Origin: a virus
Lineage: Duplodnaviria; Caudoviricetes
DNA: 27,735 nt
IMG/VR virus record: IMGVR_UViG_3300038674_000542
Location: 1-27,735 of that record
Direction: 5' to 3' (one strand)
The translations under genes and the position numbers were made by a program. Each line of letters starts with the position of its first letter. The first letter of the stretch is position 1. The notes beneath the pieces are model-generated. The model saw only the letters and a program-made list of their open reading frames with translations, had not been told where the DNA came from and did not search any database. Positions 16,992 through 25,046 of this stretch are shown here, one piece after another.

Positions 16992-17360
16992 ATGGATTTC
17001 ATTACAGAGTTAAGGCCTAATGAGGTTTTTGTGTTTGGTTCTAATTTGGAGGGTAGCCATGCAGGAGGGGCAGCAAAGACTGCTTATGACAAGTTTGGGG
17101 CTGAGGAGGGTGTTTATTTTGGTTTGACTGGTCAGTCTTTTGCCATTCCCACGTGTATTAGGCCAGGAGTTCCTTTTAAGTCGATGTATGACATTGAGCC
17201 TTATGTTGAGGAATTTTTAAACTTTGCGGAGGATCACCCCAATTTGACATTTTTAGTTTCACCTTTGGGGACTGGGGTGGCTCGGTTTCCACTTGATTAT
17301 ATAGATTCTTTGTTTGAGGATATTCCTTTTAATGTTATTTGTTTGTGGAGAGAGGCTTAG
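16992..17360 (+). CDS. A1S_2505-family (macrodomain-like) phage non-structural protein
   Basis: ITEL.PNEVFVFGSNLEG.HAGGAA..A...FGA..G...GL.GQSFAIPT...FLVSPLGTGVA. Confidence 0.8.
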   Translation: MDFITELRPNEVFVFGSNLEGSHAGGAAKTAYDKFGAEEGVYFGLTGQSFAIPTCIRPGVPFKSMYDIEPYVEEFLNFAEDHPNLTFLVSPLGTGVARFPLDYIDSLFEDIPFNVICLWREA

Positions 17361-17393
17361 TTTCGTATATTTTATAATTTAAAAAATAAAATT

Positions 17394-17663
17394 ATGTTAC
17401 AAGATTTGCAAGATGCACTTTATAAGGGTAGGGTGCGGTTTTCGTTTAAGAAGGTTGATGGTACTGTTCGGAGTGCTTATGGGACGTTGCATCCTTCTTT
17501 GTTACCTGTAAGGGACAGCATAGAAGGTCAGTCGTCGAGGCCTGTTAGTCCAGGAGTTCAGGTTTATTATGATTTGGATGCTGGTAGTTTTCGTTCTTTT
17601 AGGAAGGAGAACTTACTTTCCATAGATGTTGTTGAGCCTGTTGTTTCTGGTGGTAAGGAGTAA
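17394..17663 (+). CDS. WYL_2 / DUF2693-like SH3 beta-barrel protein
   Basis: FSFKKVDGTVRSAYGTL ... VYYDLDAGSFRSFRKENL. Confidence 0.8.
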   Translation: MLQDLQDALYKGRVRFSFKKVDGTVRSAYGTLHPSLLPVRDSIEGQSSRPVSPGVQVYYDLDAGSFRSFRKENLLSIDVVEPVVSGGKE

Positions 17664-17688
17664 TCTAAATATTTGAGAGGTTACATTT
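17662..17688 (+). promoter_or_regulatory. motif A copy 2 (variant): CTAAA-N7-GAGGTTACATTT
   Basis: CTAAA 17665-17669, GAGGTTACATTT 17677-17688, upstream of ATG 17712. Confidence 0.65.
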
Positions 17689-17711
17689 ATGTATTACTTT
17701 TAAATTAGGTT

Positions 17712-17951
17712 ATGAGAAAGAGAATTGAGAATCGAATTGACAGGCAGTCAAGAGCTTTTACAAAGGCTATGGATTGGTGTCGGCTTTATGGGTTAGACTG
17801 GAGAGACCACATTAAGCCTATTATTCAGGACAAAGAGATAGTAGGTTATTCGGTGTTGGATGAGACTTTTTGTCCATTTGTGGAGGAGCTTTTTAGTTAT
17901 GACAGCCTTGATGTTAAAGATAGAAAAAATGTTTGTTTGATTGAAAACTAA
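17712..17951 (+). CDS. hypothetical phage protein
   Basis: 79 aa between two motif A copies. Confidence 0.7.
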   Translation: MRKRIENRIDRQSRAFTKAMDWCRLYGLDWRDHIKPIIQDKEIVGYSVLDETFCPFVEELFSYDSLDVKDRKNVCLIEN

Positions 17952-17971
17952 AAGTTTGAGATGTTACATTA
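17948..17971 (+). promoter_or_regulatory. motif A copy 3
   Basis: CTAAAagtttgaGATGTTACATTA, upstream of ATG 18003. Confidence 0.7.
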
Positions 17972-18002
17972 TGGTGTTAATAACTATTAAACAATAAAAG
18001 CA

Positions 18003-18707
18003 ATGAAAACTAAATCAGATTACAGATTGATGGCAAAGGAGACTGAGGATGGTCTTCAGTTTGAATTTCACAGAGTTTATTACAAAAATGGTAATATGTC
18101 TTATTACTTAGAAGAGCCAGTTGCTGTTTGTGGTGGTTTGGTAAGTGATGTTAAGAAGATTCTGTCTTTAATGAACAAGGGTTTGGAGAAGCCAGTTATT
18201 TGGTATGGAGACAGATTTCCAAGAGAGTACAAGGATGGTTTTGACTTTAAGGATGGTGACTTTGTCAGGATGATTTCTGGTGGGTATGAGTATGAGATTA
18301 TTTTCAAGTGTATTGGGGAGAAGGGGAGAATATGGCATTATGCACTTGCTTGCATAGATGGTTATACTTCTTTAATTCCGTACACGGATTGGTCGGCTGG
18401 GGATGCTGATATGTTTCCTTCTGACGGGTCTCACATTCTTGGTGCTTTGAAAGAGGCGGGTAAGAGGTGGAATCCTGATAAGAAGTGTATTGAGGATGTT
18501 GATGCGCCTAAGATTGGGGACAAGTGCATTTTCTGGGACGAAGACAGCAGTAGTATCATGTTTGGTATTTTGGAAGATTATGATGAAGAGCATTACTTCA
18601 CATGGAGTAAAAAGCCAGCTCCATACAAGGTTAGGGGTTTATTTTTTCATAATTGTGTAAGATTTTCAGACAAGAGTCTCATTGAGATAGCTAATAGGTT
18701 ACAGTAA
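18003..18707 (+). CDS. multi-module hypothetical protein; N-domain paralogous to 404..808
   Basis: Shared N-domain, then an FKDGDFV...LKEAGKRWNPDKKCIE module and a PKIGDKCIFWD module. Confidence 0.8.
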   Translation: MKTKSDYRLMAKETEDGLQFEFHRVYYKNGNMSYYLEEPVAVCGGLVSDVKKILSLMNKGLEKPVIWYGDRFPREYKDGFDFKDGDFVRMISGGYEYEIIFKCIGEKGRIWHYALACIDGYTSLIPYTDWSAGDADMFPSDGSHILGALKEAGKRWNPDKKCIEDVDAPKIGDKCIFWDEDSSSIMFGILEDYDEEHYFTWSKKPAPYKVRGLFFHNCVRFSDKSLIEIANRLQ

Positions 18708-18708
18708 T

Positions 18709-20043
18709 ATGGCTTTAAAGAAGAAGCAGGATTGGGTAGGGAAGTTTGAGGAGTTGTTTTCAAACTTTCCTTATTTAGATAGGTCTGAGTTGCTTCCAAA
18801 GGAGACATCAGACTGTTATTACAGGGCAGTTGCTTTGCTTCATGAGGCGTTAAAAGACCCGCATAATACGACTATGTCGTCGATGTCTGAGTTTAGGGTT
18901 AACCCAGCAGCAGCTTTTAGGTTAAGGTACATAACACCATGTTTGGCGGTGGCGGTGGATGATTTGAGTGCTGATAAGAGGGATGAGTTATTTACGAGCA
19001 GGAGTTGGGTTTTCACGCACAAGCGTAATGGGGTTCGGGCTTGGGTGGTTTATATGTCAGGGTTTTTAGCTGTATATTCAAGGAATTACTCGACTGAGGA
19101 TGGAAGATTGTTAGATTATGCGAAGCATTTAGAGCCTGTTATTTGTGGTTGCAGGGGTTTTAGCAGGGACTTTGTTTTGGATGTTGAGGTTGAGTTGGCG
19201 GATGATGTAGACGTTTCAGTTTTGGAGAGGCTGGGTTTACCACTGTCTCCGTTGGATTGTATTGTGGCTCTTTTGGGGTCTTTGTCTCAGTCGTGCAGCA
19301 ATTTCATTTTGGATTACAAGAGGATTACTGGAAGGGACTTGGTTCATATTAATTTGATAGTTCCGTTGTATTGGGGGGGTCATAATTTTATTAATAGGAG
19401 GTTGGCAGATTCTTATGCTGTAAAGGATGAGGTTGTTTCGGTGGTTGGTAGGTTTTTACCTTGTTTAAGAGACATAGGAAGGGTTGGTGGTTCTCAGGAG
19501 GAGAAGGTATCATTTTTGGAGTCTTTGTTGGCTGTTGGTGCGGAGGGTGTTGTGGCTCATAATATGGACGGTTTTTACTCAACGTCTGTAAACAGGAGGA
19601 AGGATGTTTTTGTAAAGATAAAGAGGTCGGTGTCGGCCACTAATTTGAGGGGTGAGTCATTTGATGCATGGATTTCTGGGTATGAGCTGGGTTTAAAGGG
19701 TTCACGTAATGAGAATAGGATTTCGACGTTGGTTTTGTCTGTATATTTGTATGATACTAAGACTTTGCAGACGGTAGAGCACATAATTGCGAGGGTTTCT
19801 GGGTTGTCTGACAAGGTTGTCAGGGAGCTATCAGATTATTCTGGTTCTGTACCTGTATTGAGGAAGGAGATGTACGATAGGGTTGTGGAGGTTGATGGTC
19901 AGTCGATAAGCAGTGTCAGTTGGCATTTGACGCATTCGAGGTTTGTAAGGTTTAGGGATGATAAATCAAAGGAGGATTGTAGAGTAACTTCGGATTTTTT
20001 GGAGTCGTGTACTGATAGAGTTGCTTTTCATACGAGATTATAG
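18709..20043 (+). CDS. ATP-dependent DNA ligase
   Basis: Motif I KRNGVR (K105), YSRN, III VLDVE, IV EGVVA, V VKIK, OB-fold ending HSRFVRFRDDK. Confidence 0.9.
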   Translation: MALKKKQDWVGKFEELFSNFPYLDRSELLPKETSDCYYRAVALLHEALKDPHNTTMSSMSEFRVNPAAAFRLRYITPCLAVAVDDLSADKRDELFTSRSWVFTHKRNGVRAWVVYMSGFLAVYSRNYSTEDGRLLDYAKHLEPVICGCRGFSRDFVLDVEVELADDVDVSVLERLGLPLSPLDCIVALLGSLSQSCSNFILDYKRITGRDLVHINLIVPLYWGGHNFINRRLADSYAVKDEVVSVVGRFLPCLRDIGRVGGSQEEKVSFLESLLAVGAEGVVAHNMDGFYSTSVNRRKDVFVKIKRSVSATNLRGESFDAWISGYELGLKGSRNENRISTLVLSVYLYDTKTLQTVEHIIARVSGLSDKVVRELSDYSGSVPVLRKEMYDRVVEVDGQSISSVSWHLTHSRFVRFRDDKSKEDCRVTSDFLESCTDRVAFHTRL

Positions 20044-20053
20044 TTATTTTTTT

Positions 20054-20094
20054 AAAAAAGGCACTAAAATTACAGATTTTGGTGTTTTTTTTTT
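20054..20094 (+). terminator. intrinsic (possibly bidirectional) terminator ending the replication block
   Basis: A-run, GCACTAAAAT-TACAG-ATTTTGGTGT, then a long T-run. Confidence 0.75.
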
Positions 20095-20124
20095 GATTTA
20101 TATAAAAAATCTTTAAATGTTTGT

Positions 20125-20142
20125 TTGTATAATAACTGAAAA
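20125..20142 (+). promoter_or_regulatory. motif B variant: TTGTATAATAACTGAAA
   Basis: TATAAT at 20128-20133, upstream of the scaffold-capsid operon. Confidence 0.5.
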
Positions 20143-20175
20143 TGATATTTTACAAAATTATTAATTAAAAAAATT

Positions 20176-20724
20176 ATGGACTTAAAAGAATTTTCTCGTG
20201 TTTCAGACTCCTCTAAGAAGCTGAATGAACGAAGGGCTTCTGTTGAACAACAGAAATCTGCCAAGAAGATGTCTGATGCCAAAGAGTCGCTGAGACGAAA
20301 AATCAGAGATTCTGAAAGTGATGAGGAGCTTATTGCTACCATTACTGAAGCGGCTGAGGAGCTTCCTGTTTCTGAGGTTCTGACGACAGTGGTTGAGGTA
20401 CTTTCTCCTATTGTGGAGAAGTTGAATGCAGAGGTTGCTGATGCCCGTAGGGCGGTTGCTTCTATGAGAAAGCGACTGAAATACAATCAGCAAGCTATTT
20501 CTAAGACAAAGCCTAAGATGGATTCACGCAGTAAGCGTATGTTGATTTCTCGCATGAAGGATGATGAGACTTCATTGGAGGATTTAAAGCAAGAGGCGGT
20601 TGATTTGTTGGAGTCGTTTGACCCAGCTTCTGTTATAGAAGTTATTATTGAGGCTATACCTCCTGTTGTAGAGTCGATAGTTTCGTCGACAAATGATGTT
20701 AAACCTGAACAAGAACAAGAATAA
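20176..20724 (+). CDS. prohead scaffold/core protein
   Basis: Helical, highly charged protein directly upstream of the major capsid gene; several hydrophobic-x-D|S/A/D motifs. Confidence 0.7.
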   Translation: MDLKEFSRVSDSSKKLNERRASVEQQKSAKKMSDAKESLRRKIRDSESDEELIATITEAAEELPVSEVLTTVVEVLSPIVEKLNAEVADARRAVASMRKRLKYNQQAISKTKPKMDSRSKRMLISRMKDDETSLEDLKQEAVDLLESFDPASVIEVIIEAIPPVVESIVSSTNDVKPEQEQE

Positions 20725-20739
20725 AAAAATATTTTATAT

Positions 20740-22203
20740 ATGACTACTAAACAATCATTAACTCCGGTTCTGAACAGGATGTCAGACAGCAGAGAATTTA
20801 TTAAGGATGATATAGATCTTAGAAATGCGGTTTCGCTTGCAGAGAAAGATCTTAAGACTCCAGAGGAGGTTGGGGTTCAGGCAGGGTTGCTTGCTAACTT
20901 CAAGCGTAAAGTAATGGATTGTGCTGAGAAGATTAGAATTTCTGATGCTTCCACCACGACTACGAATTTTGGACCTTATGTACCGGCGATTTTGCCAGTT
21001 GTTGTTGCATGGTATCCTAATTTTCCATTGAAAGACCTGATTTCTGTACAGGACATGGATCAGGAGCTTGCATTTATCATTGTTTCTGAGCTTTTGGCTG
21101 GTACGGACAAGGCTGACACCACTAAGGGTGGTAGAGTTGAGACACCACTGGGACCTCGTACGATTGCTGGTCGTTATCCGACTGGAGAGGTATTTGGTGA
21201 GGTTGTTGAAGACTTGGTTCAGGACGGTGCTGATGTTGTAGGTCTTGTGGCTTACAATCCTTTATCATTGCTTGATGACAACAGAGAGATGTATGCATTG
21301 CAGACCACTATTGCTGGTGTAACTGTTTCTGACGGGGCTATTTCGGCAGTTAACGGAGATGTTATTACATTTGCTTCGGTGACAGATTTGACTTGGTCGG
21401 CTACTTTGAACATTAAGACTGGTATTTTGACTTTGCCAGGAGTTACTTTGGCTGATGTCACTAATGTAACGATTGATTATGTTTGGAATATTGAGTTTGC
21501 AACTCGAGATAACATTCCAACTATTAACGAGTCGTTTACGATGGTACCTATGAGAGCAAAGCCACGTGCTTTGTCGTTCCCGATTTCGGTATTTGCTGAA
21601 TACACTAAGAAAAAACAGTATGGTGATGACGCTCGGTTGAACGTTGCCAACCGTGTTTTGAATTTGATGTATCAGTACCAGGTTCGTTACATTTTGACAC
21701 GTATTTATCGTGGGGCTAAGGGTGCTAATGGTGTGGCACAGACTGTAGTAATTCCCACTACTGGGACTGACTTAAGTGTACGTGTTCAGCAGGTTTTGGC
21801 CAATTTGAATACAATATCTCAGTTGGTTATGGATGCTTCTGGTCGTATTGAGGGAAACACATTAGTTACTGGAAGTAAGTTTAAAGCTTGGTTGGAGTCG
21901 TTGCCTGACATTTACTACAAGCCTGAGGATTCTGGTAAGGACACTGGATTTCAGGGGCCTCGTAAGATAGGCACCATTGGTCGTTTTTCAGTATTTTATG
22001 ATGACAAGCTTCCGGCTGATGAAGGTTGGATGTCTTACAAGGGTGCTGAGTGGTATGACGCTCCTTATTACTTGGGTGTTTTCATGCCTATCACTCCGAC
22101 TGATGCTGTTAACTTGCGTACTAACATTGAGCAAGCATTTGTTTCGATGGAGGGTCACCGTTATGACAAACCCACTACTGTATTCAAATTAAAATTTGAA
22201 TAG
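20740..22203 (+). CDS. major capsid protein, T4 gp23-like (HK97 fold)
   Basis: T..F.P..PA.LP.V...YPN....DL.SVQ.M resembles the mature gp23 N-terminal region; IPTIN...M.PMRAKPRAL resembles gp23 IEAKSRQL; IGTIGRFSVFYD...Y.KG...DA..Y...MP; strong terminator follows. Confidence 0.9.
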   Translation: MTTKQSLTPVLNRMSDSREFIKDDIDLRNAVSLAEKDLKTPEEVGVQAGLLANFKRKVMDCAEKIRISDASTTTTNFGPYVPAILPVVVAWYPNFPLKDLISVQDMDQELAFIIVSELLAGTDKADTTKGGRVETPLGPRTIAGRYPTGEVFGEVVEDLVQDGADVVGLVAYNPLSLLDDNREMYALQTTIAGVTVSDGAISAVNGDVITFASVTDLTWSATLNIKTGILTLPGVTLADVTNVTIDYVWNIEFATRDNIPTINESFTMVPMRAKPRALSFPISVFAEYTKKKQYGDDARLNVANRVLNLMYQYQVRYILTRIYRGAKGANGVAQTVVIPTTGTDLSVRVQQVLANLNTISQLVMDASGRIEGNTLVTGSKFKAWLESLPDIYYKPEDSGKDTGFQGPRKIGTIGRFSVFYDDKLPADEGWMSYKGAEWYDAPYYLGVFMPITPTDAVNLRTNIEQAFVSMEGHRYDKPTTVFKLKFE

Positions 22204-22223
22204 TTGATTGGTTTTAATTTTGG

Positions 22224-22253
22224 AGGCCTGTTCAGGAATGGACAGGCTTTTTT
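22224..22253 (+). terminator. intrinsic terminator after the capsid gene
   Basis: GCCTGTTCA-GGAA-TGGACAGGC then TTTTTT (GNRA loop). Confidence 0.9.
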
Positions 22254-22285
22254 ATTTTATTTTGTTTCGTATTTATGTCAGAAAG

Positions 22286-22326
22286 TTTTGAATTTTTGCA
22301 ATCTAAATATTGTTGATGTTACATTA
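22286..22326 (+). promoter_or_regulatory. motif A copy 4
   Basis: TTTTGAATT-N5-AATCTAAA-N7-GATGTTACATTA, the same extended layout as 933-973. Confidence 0.7.
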
Positions 22327-22368
22327 CAGTAGAAATTGATTTTTAAAAACACTTTAAACAAAAAGAAA

Positions 22369-23580
22369 ATGAGAACAACGCAGAATTCAGTAGCAGATCT
22401 GAAAGTTTCTTTTAACAGAGACAGAAAAAATGCAAGTATTATTTTTGGTGATTCAGTTTTGGAAGGTATTCAGTTAAGGCAGCTTATGATGGCTTTGGGT
22501 TTACCTTATTCGATTATGAACTTGCCGTCTTACACGGGCACTGATGTTGTGTCTTTGATGTTGCAGCAGGTTAAGGACAGGCCGTTTATGACTGTTCGGG
22601 GTGATAATGGTGATATTCGTTCTTTTGTTGGTTTGGGTAAGGGATGGGTAACTGACGAGCAGTTTTTATTCCTTTGTGACATGTTTGAGAAGAAGACGGG
22701 AGTAAAGAAGGATATGGAGCTTTCAGTGTTGTCTGGGGCTGTTGAGTTGAAGGCTTATTATAAGATTGAGGATGGGATTCAGTCTATTGGGGACAAGTCT
22801 TTATACTCGACTTATTTCACCATAACTCGTTTGGCTGATGGTGGTGTTTCTGGGGATGCTTCTTTGTTAAGGCTTGCATGCACTAATGGGATGACAGTTC
22901 CGACCAGGTTTTCTGATCATGTAAGAATCAAAAGTTTTGCTGATCATCAGAAGTTCATTGACAAGGTTGTTTTATCCAGTAAGGCTTCTTTGATTAATGC
23001 TGTTGACGAGCAGTTATTTGACAAGAATGGAAGACCCTACATGGCTTCGGTTCGGGAGTTTAAGACTGTTTCAAAGCTGATAGACCGTTATTATGACGTT
23101 CCAAACCAGTTTTTGAATAGGGATTATTTGGATAAGTTCTATGAGGAGAAAGGTTACCAGTCGCACATTCAGAATTTTCCTTCTGGGATGAGTTTTTTTG
23201 ACGTGTATTCGACGGCCACTAATGCGTTTTCAAACGTTATAAAGGACGTTCCTTTGATGGAGGCTAATATAGACTTAGGTAACATTTTGTTTTCAAAGAG
23301 GGATGCTTCATCGGGTATTCAGGAGGTTTCAGACGTTCCGAAGTTTTCAAACACTGGTTTACTTCGTGGTGATGTTTATGACGTGGCTGTTAGGGATAAC
23401 AGAATGGCAGCAAACATTGTTTCTGACGGAGGTTTATTTGTTGTTTCGGACATTGTTGATGTTGAGGTGGTTGATCAGGATGTTGTTGAGGATGCTGTTG
23501 TTGTTTCGGAAGACGAGGCCAAGCGCATGGAGCGTAATAGGAAGGCACGGGAGCGTAGGGCTTTGAAAAAAGCAAAATAG
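22369..23580 (+). CDS. DUF932-like domain protein with acidic then basic C-terminal tail
   Basis: DGG......LLRLACTNGM signature; ATG 22369 behind an A-rich leader is preferred to TTG 22336. Confidence 0.65.
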   Translation: MRTTQNSVADLKVSFNRDRKNASIIFGDSVLEGIQLRQLMMALGLPYSIMNLPSYTGTDVVSLMLQQVKDRPFMTVRGDNGDIRSFVGLGKGWVTDEQFLFLCDMFEKKTGVKKDMELSVLSGAVELKAYYKIEDGIQSIGDKSLYSTYFTITRLADGGVSGDASLLRLACTNGMTVPTRFSDHVRIKSFADHQKFIDKVVLSSKASLINAVDEQLFDKNGRPYMASVREFKTVSKLIDRYYDVPNQFLNRDYLDKFYEEKGYQSHIQNFPSGMSFFDVYSTATNAFSNVIKDVPLMEANIDLGNILFSKRDASSGIQEVSDVPKFSNTGLLRGDVYDVAVRDNRMAANIVSDGGLFVVSDIVDVEVVDQDVVEDAVVVSEDEAKRMERNRKARERRALKKAK

Positions 23581-23597
23581 TTAGTTATTTAGTTATG

Positions 23598-23626
23598 AAG
23601 GCTCAAGTTTAGCTTGAGCTTTTTTT
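23598..23626 (+). terminator. intrinsic terminator
   Basis: GCTCAAGT-TTA-GCTTGAGC then TTTTTTT. Confidence 0.85.
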
Positions 23627-23639
23627 GTATAATTTGAAA
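23625..23639 (+). promoter_or_regulatory. motif B copy: TTGTATAATTTGAAA
   Basis: Abuts the terminator T-run; ends 21 nt before ATG 23661. Confidence 0.6.
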
Positions 23640-23660
23640 GCAAAAATAAAATATTTTGAT

Positions 23661-25043
23661 ATGCCAAGTAAAAAATCTGTAAGACAATTAATTAAGGAGG
23701 CTTCTTTGAATGGTAAGAAGTCAAAGACTACTAAGACTCCAAAGTCTGGGAAGTTTTCAACTAAGATTCCGATTGAGAGCAGGAAGTCGAGTTCTTTGCG
23801 TTCTTTGGTTAAAGTTAAAGCATCTACTGTTAAGAGGAAAGACTCTAAGGATACCAGTTTGGGGCGTTCTATTGCAATAAGGAAGGGTTTGTTTAACCAG
23901 TTACGAGACTCATTAGATGAGCTTCAGGCTTCTTATGGAACTTTAAATGATTTATTTAACAACACTGTTTCTGCTAAGGACAACACCATTTCATCTTTGT
24001 TAAAGGATTTACGTTACACTGTAGATCGTTTGGGCAAGGCTGATTTTGAGTTGCGTTATGACAAGGCTTCTGGTTCTTTGTTTGTGGATGGGGAGGATGC
24101 TGTAGAGGTTGACACCCCGGAGGTTTTGTCTTTGTTGTCAGATTTGACTGCATTGTTTCCTGACAAGTCTATTTCATTAAAGATTGAGGGGGATGCTGAT
24201 TACACTGATGAGGCAGCTTTAAAGAAGCTGACGGAGTTAAATGGTTCTCCTGAGGTTGTTAAGGCGGAGGTAATGCCTACTCATTCGTCTCCTGAGGGGG
24301 ACATAGACACTGTTCTTACTGGTGTTGGGGATTCTCGTATATCGGATGATGTTTTAGACCCTGCAAGTCGTTTTACGTGTACTTACAAGGATGATGCATA
24401 TTCTATTTGGGATAAGCAGCTTAAGACTTTGGTTAAGGTTGTTGGTACTCCGAAGGAGGCTGATGCTTTGTTGGAGGGATTAATAACTGGTGTTACGACT
24501 TCAGAGGGAGTTCCTTCTGGGGACAAGTCTGTTGGGGAGGGTATTAACGAGGATAAATTTGAGGAGAACTCTTCTAAGGTTTCGGAGGGTGTGCCGGTGG
24601 AGGGTCAGGAAGAAGAGGCTGCAGGTGGTAAATCTACAGAAGGTAAGACTACAGGTGAGGAGAGTATTCAGGCAGGAAGTTCTCAAACTGACTCAAAAAG
24701 GGTGATGGATTCTAAGGTTGTAACTTGGAGTGACTTAGCACAGTATGATGCTAATAAGTTACAGGCTTTGGGTTTTCGTGGCAAGGGAGCAGAGAAGTAT
24801 ATTTCCAGAGTTGTGGATGGTGGGGATTCTCCGTTTTTTGCCAGCATACCTGAGTTTTGGTTTTTCCTTGACAAGAACAATAAGTTTACTTTAGAGTCAA
24901 AGGAGGCTCAAAAGTTTTTGGATGCTAATGAGGAGAGTTTTACAAAGTATTGTGTTTCTGGTTTGGGGGTGCATGGTTTAAAAAGAGAGGATTACTTTTT
25001 AACTGCTTATGCGAATAAAATCAGGGAGTTACTTAAAATTTAG
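23661..25043 (+). CDS. putative internal head/core protein with several predicted maturation sites
   Basis: Very basic N-terminal ~80 aa, then acidic domains separated by QLRDS, VGDS, RISDD, RVMDS. Confidence 0.6.
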   Translation: MPSKKSVRQLIKEASLNGKKSKTTKTPKSGKFSTKIPIESRKSSSLRSLVKVKASTVKRKDSKDTSLGRSIAIRKGLFNQLRDSLDELQASYGTLNDLFNNTVSAKDNTISSLLKDLRYTVDRLGKADFELRYDKASGSLFVDGEDAVEVDTPEVLSLLSDLTALFPDKSISLKIEGDADYTDEAALKKLTELNGSPEVVKAEVMPTHSSPEGDIDTVLTGVGDSRISDDVLDPASRFTCTYKDDAYSIWDKQLKTLVKVVGTPKEADALLEGLITGVTTSEGVPSGDKSVGEGINEDKFEENSSKVSEGVPVEGQEEEAAGGKSTEGKTTGEESIQAGSSQTDSKRVMDSKVVTWSDLAQYDANKLQALGFRGKGAEKYISRVVDGGDSPFFASIPEFWFFLDKNNKFTLESKEAQKFLDANEESFTKYCVSGLGVHGLKREDYFLTAYANKIRELLKI

Positions 25044-25046
25044 GTT

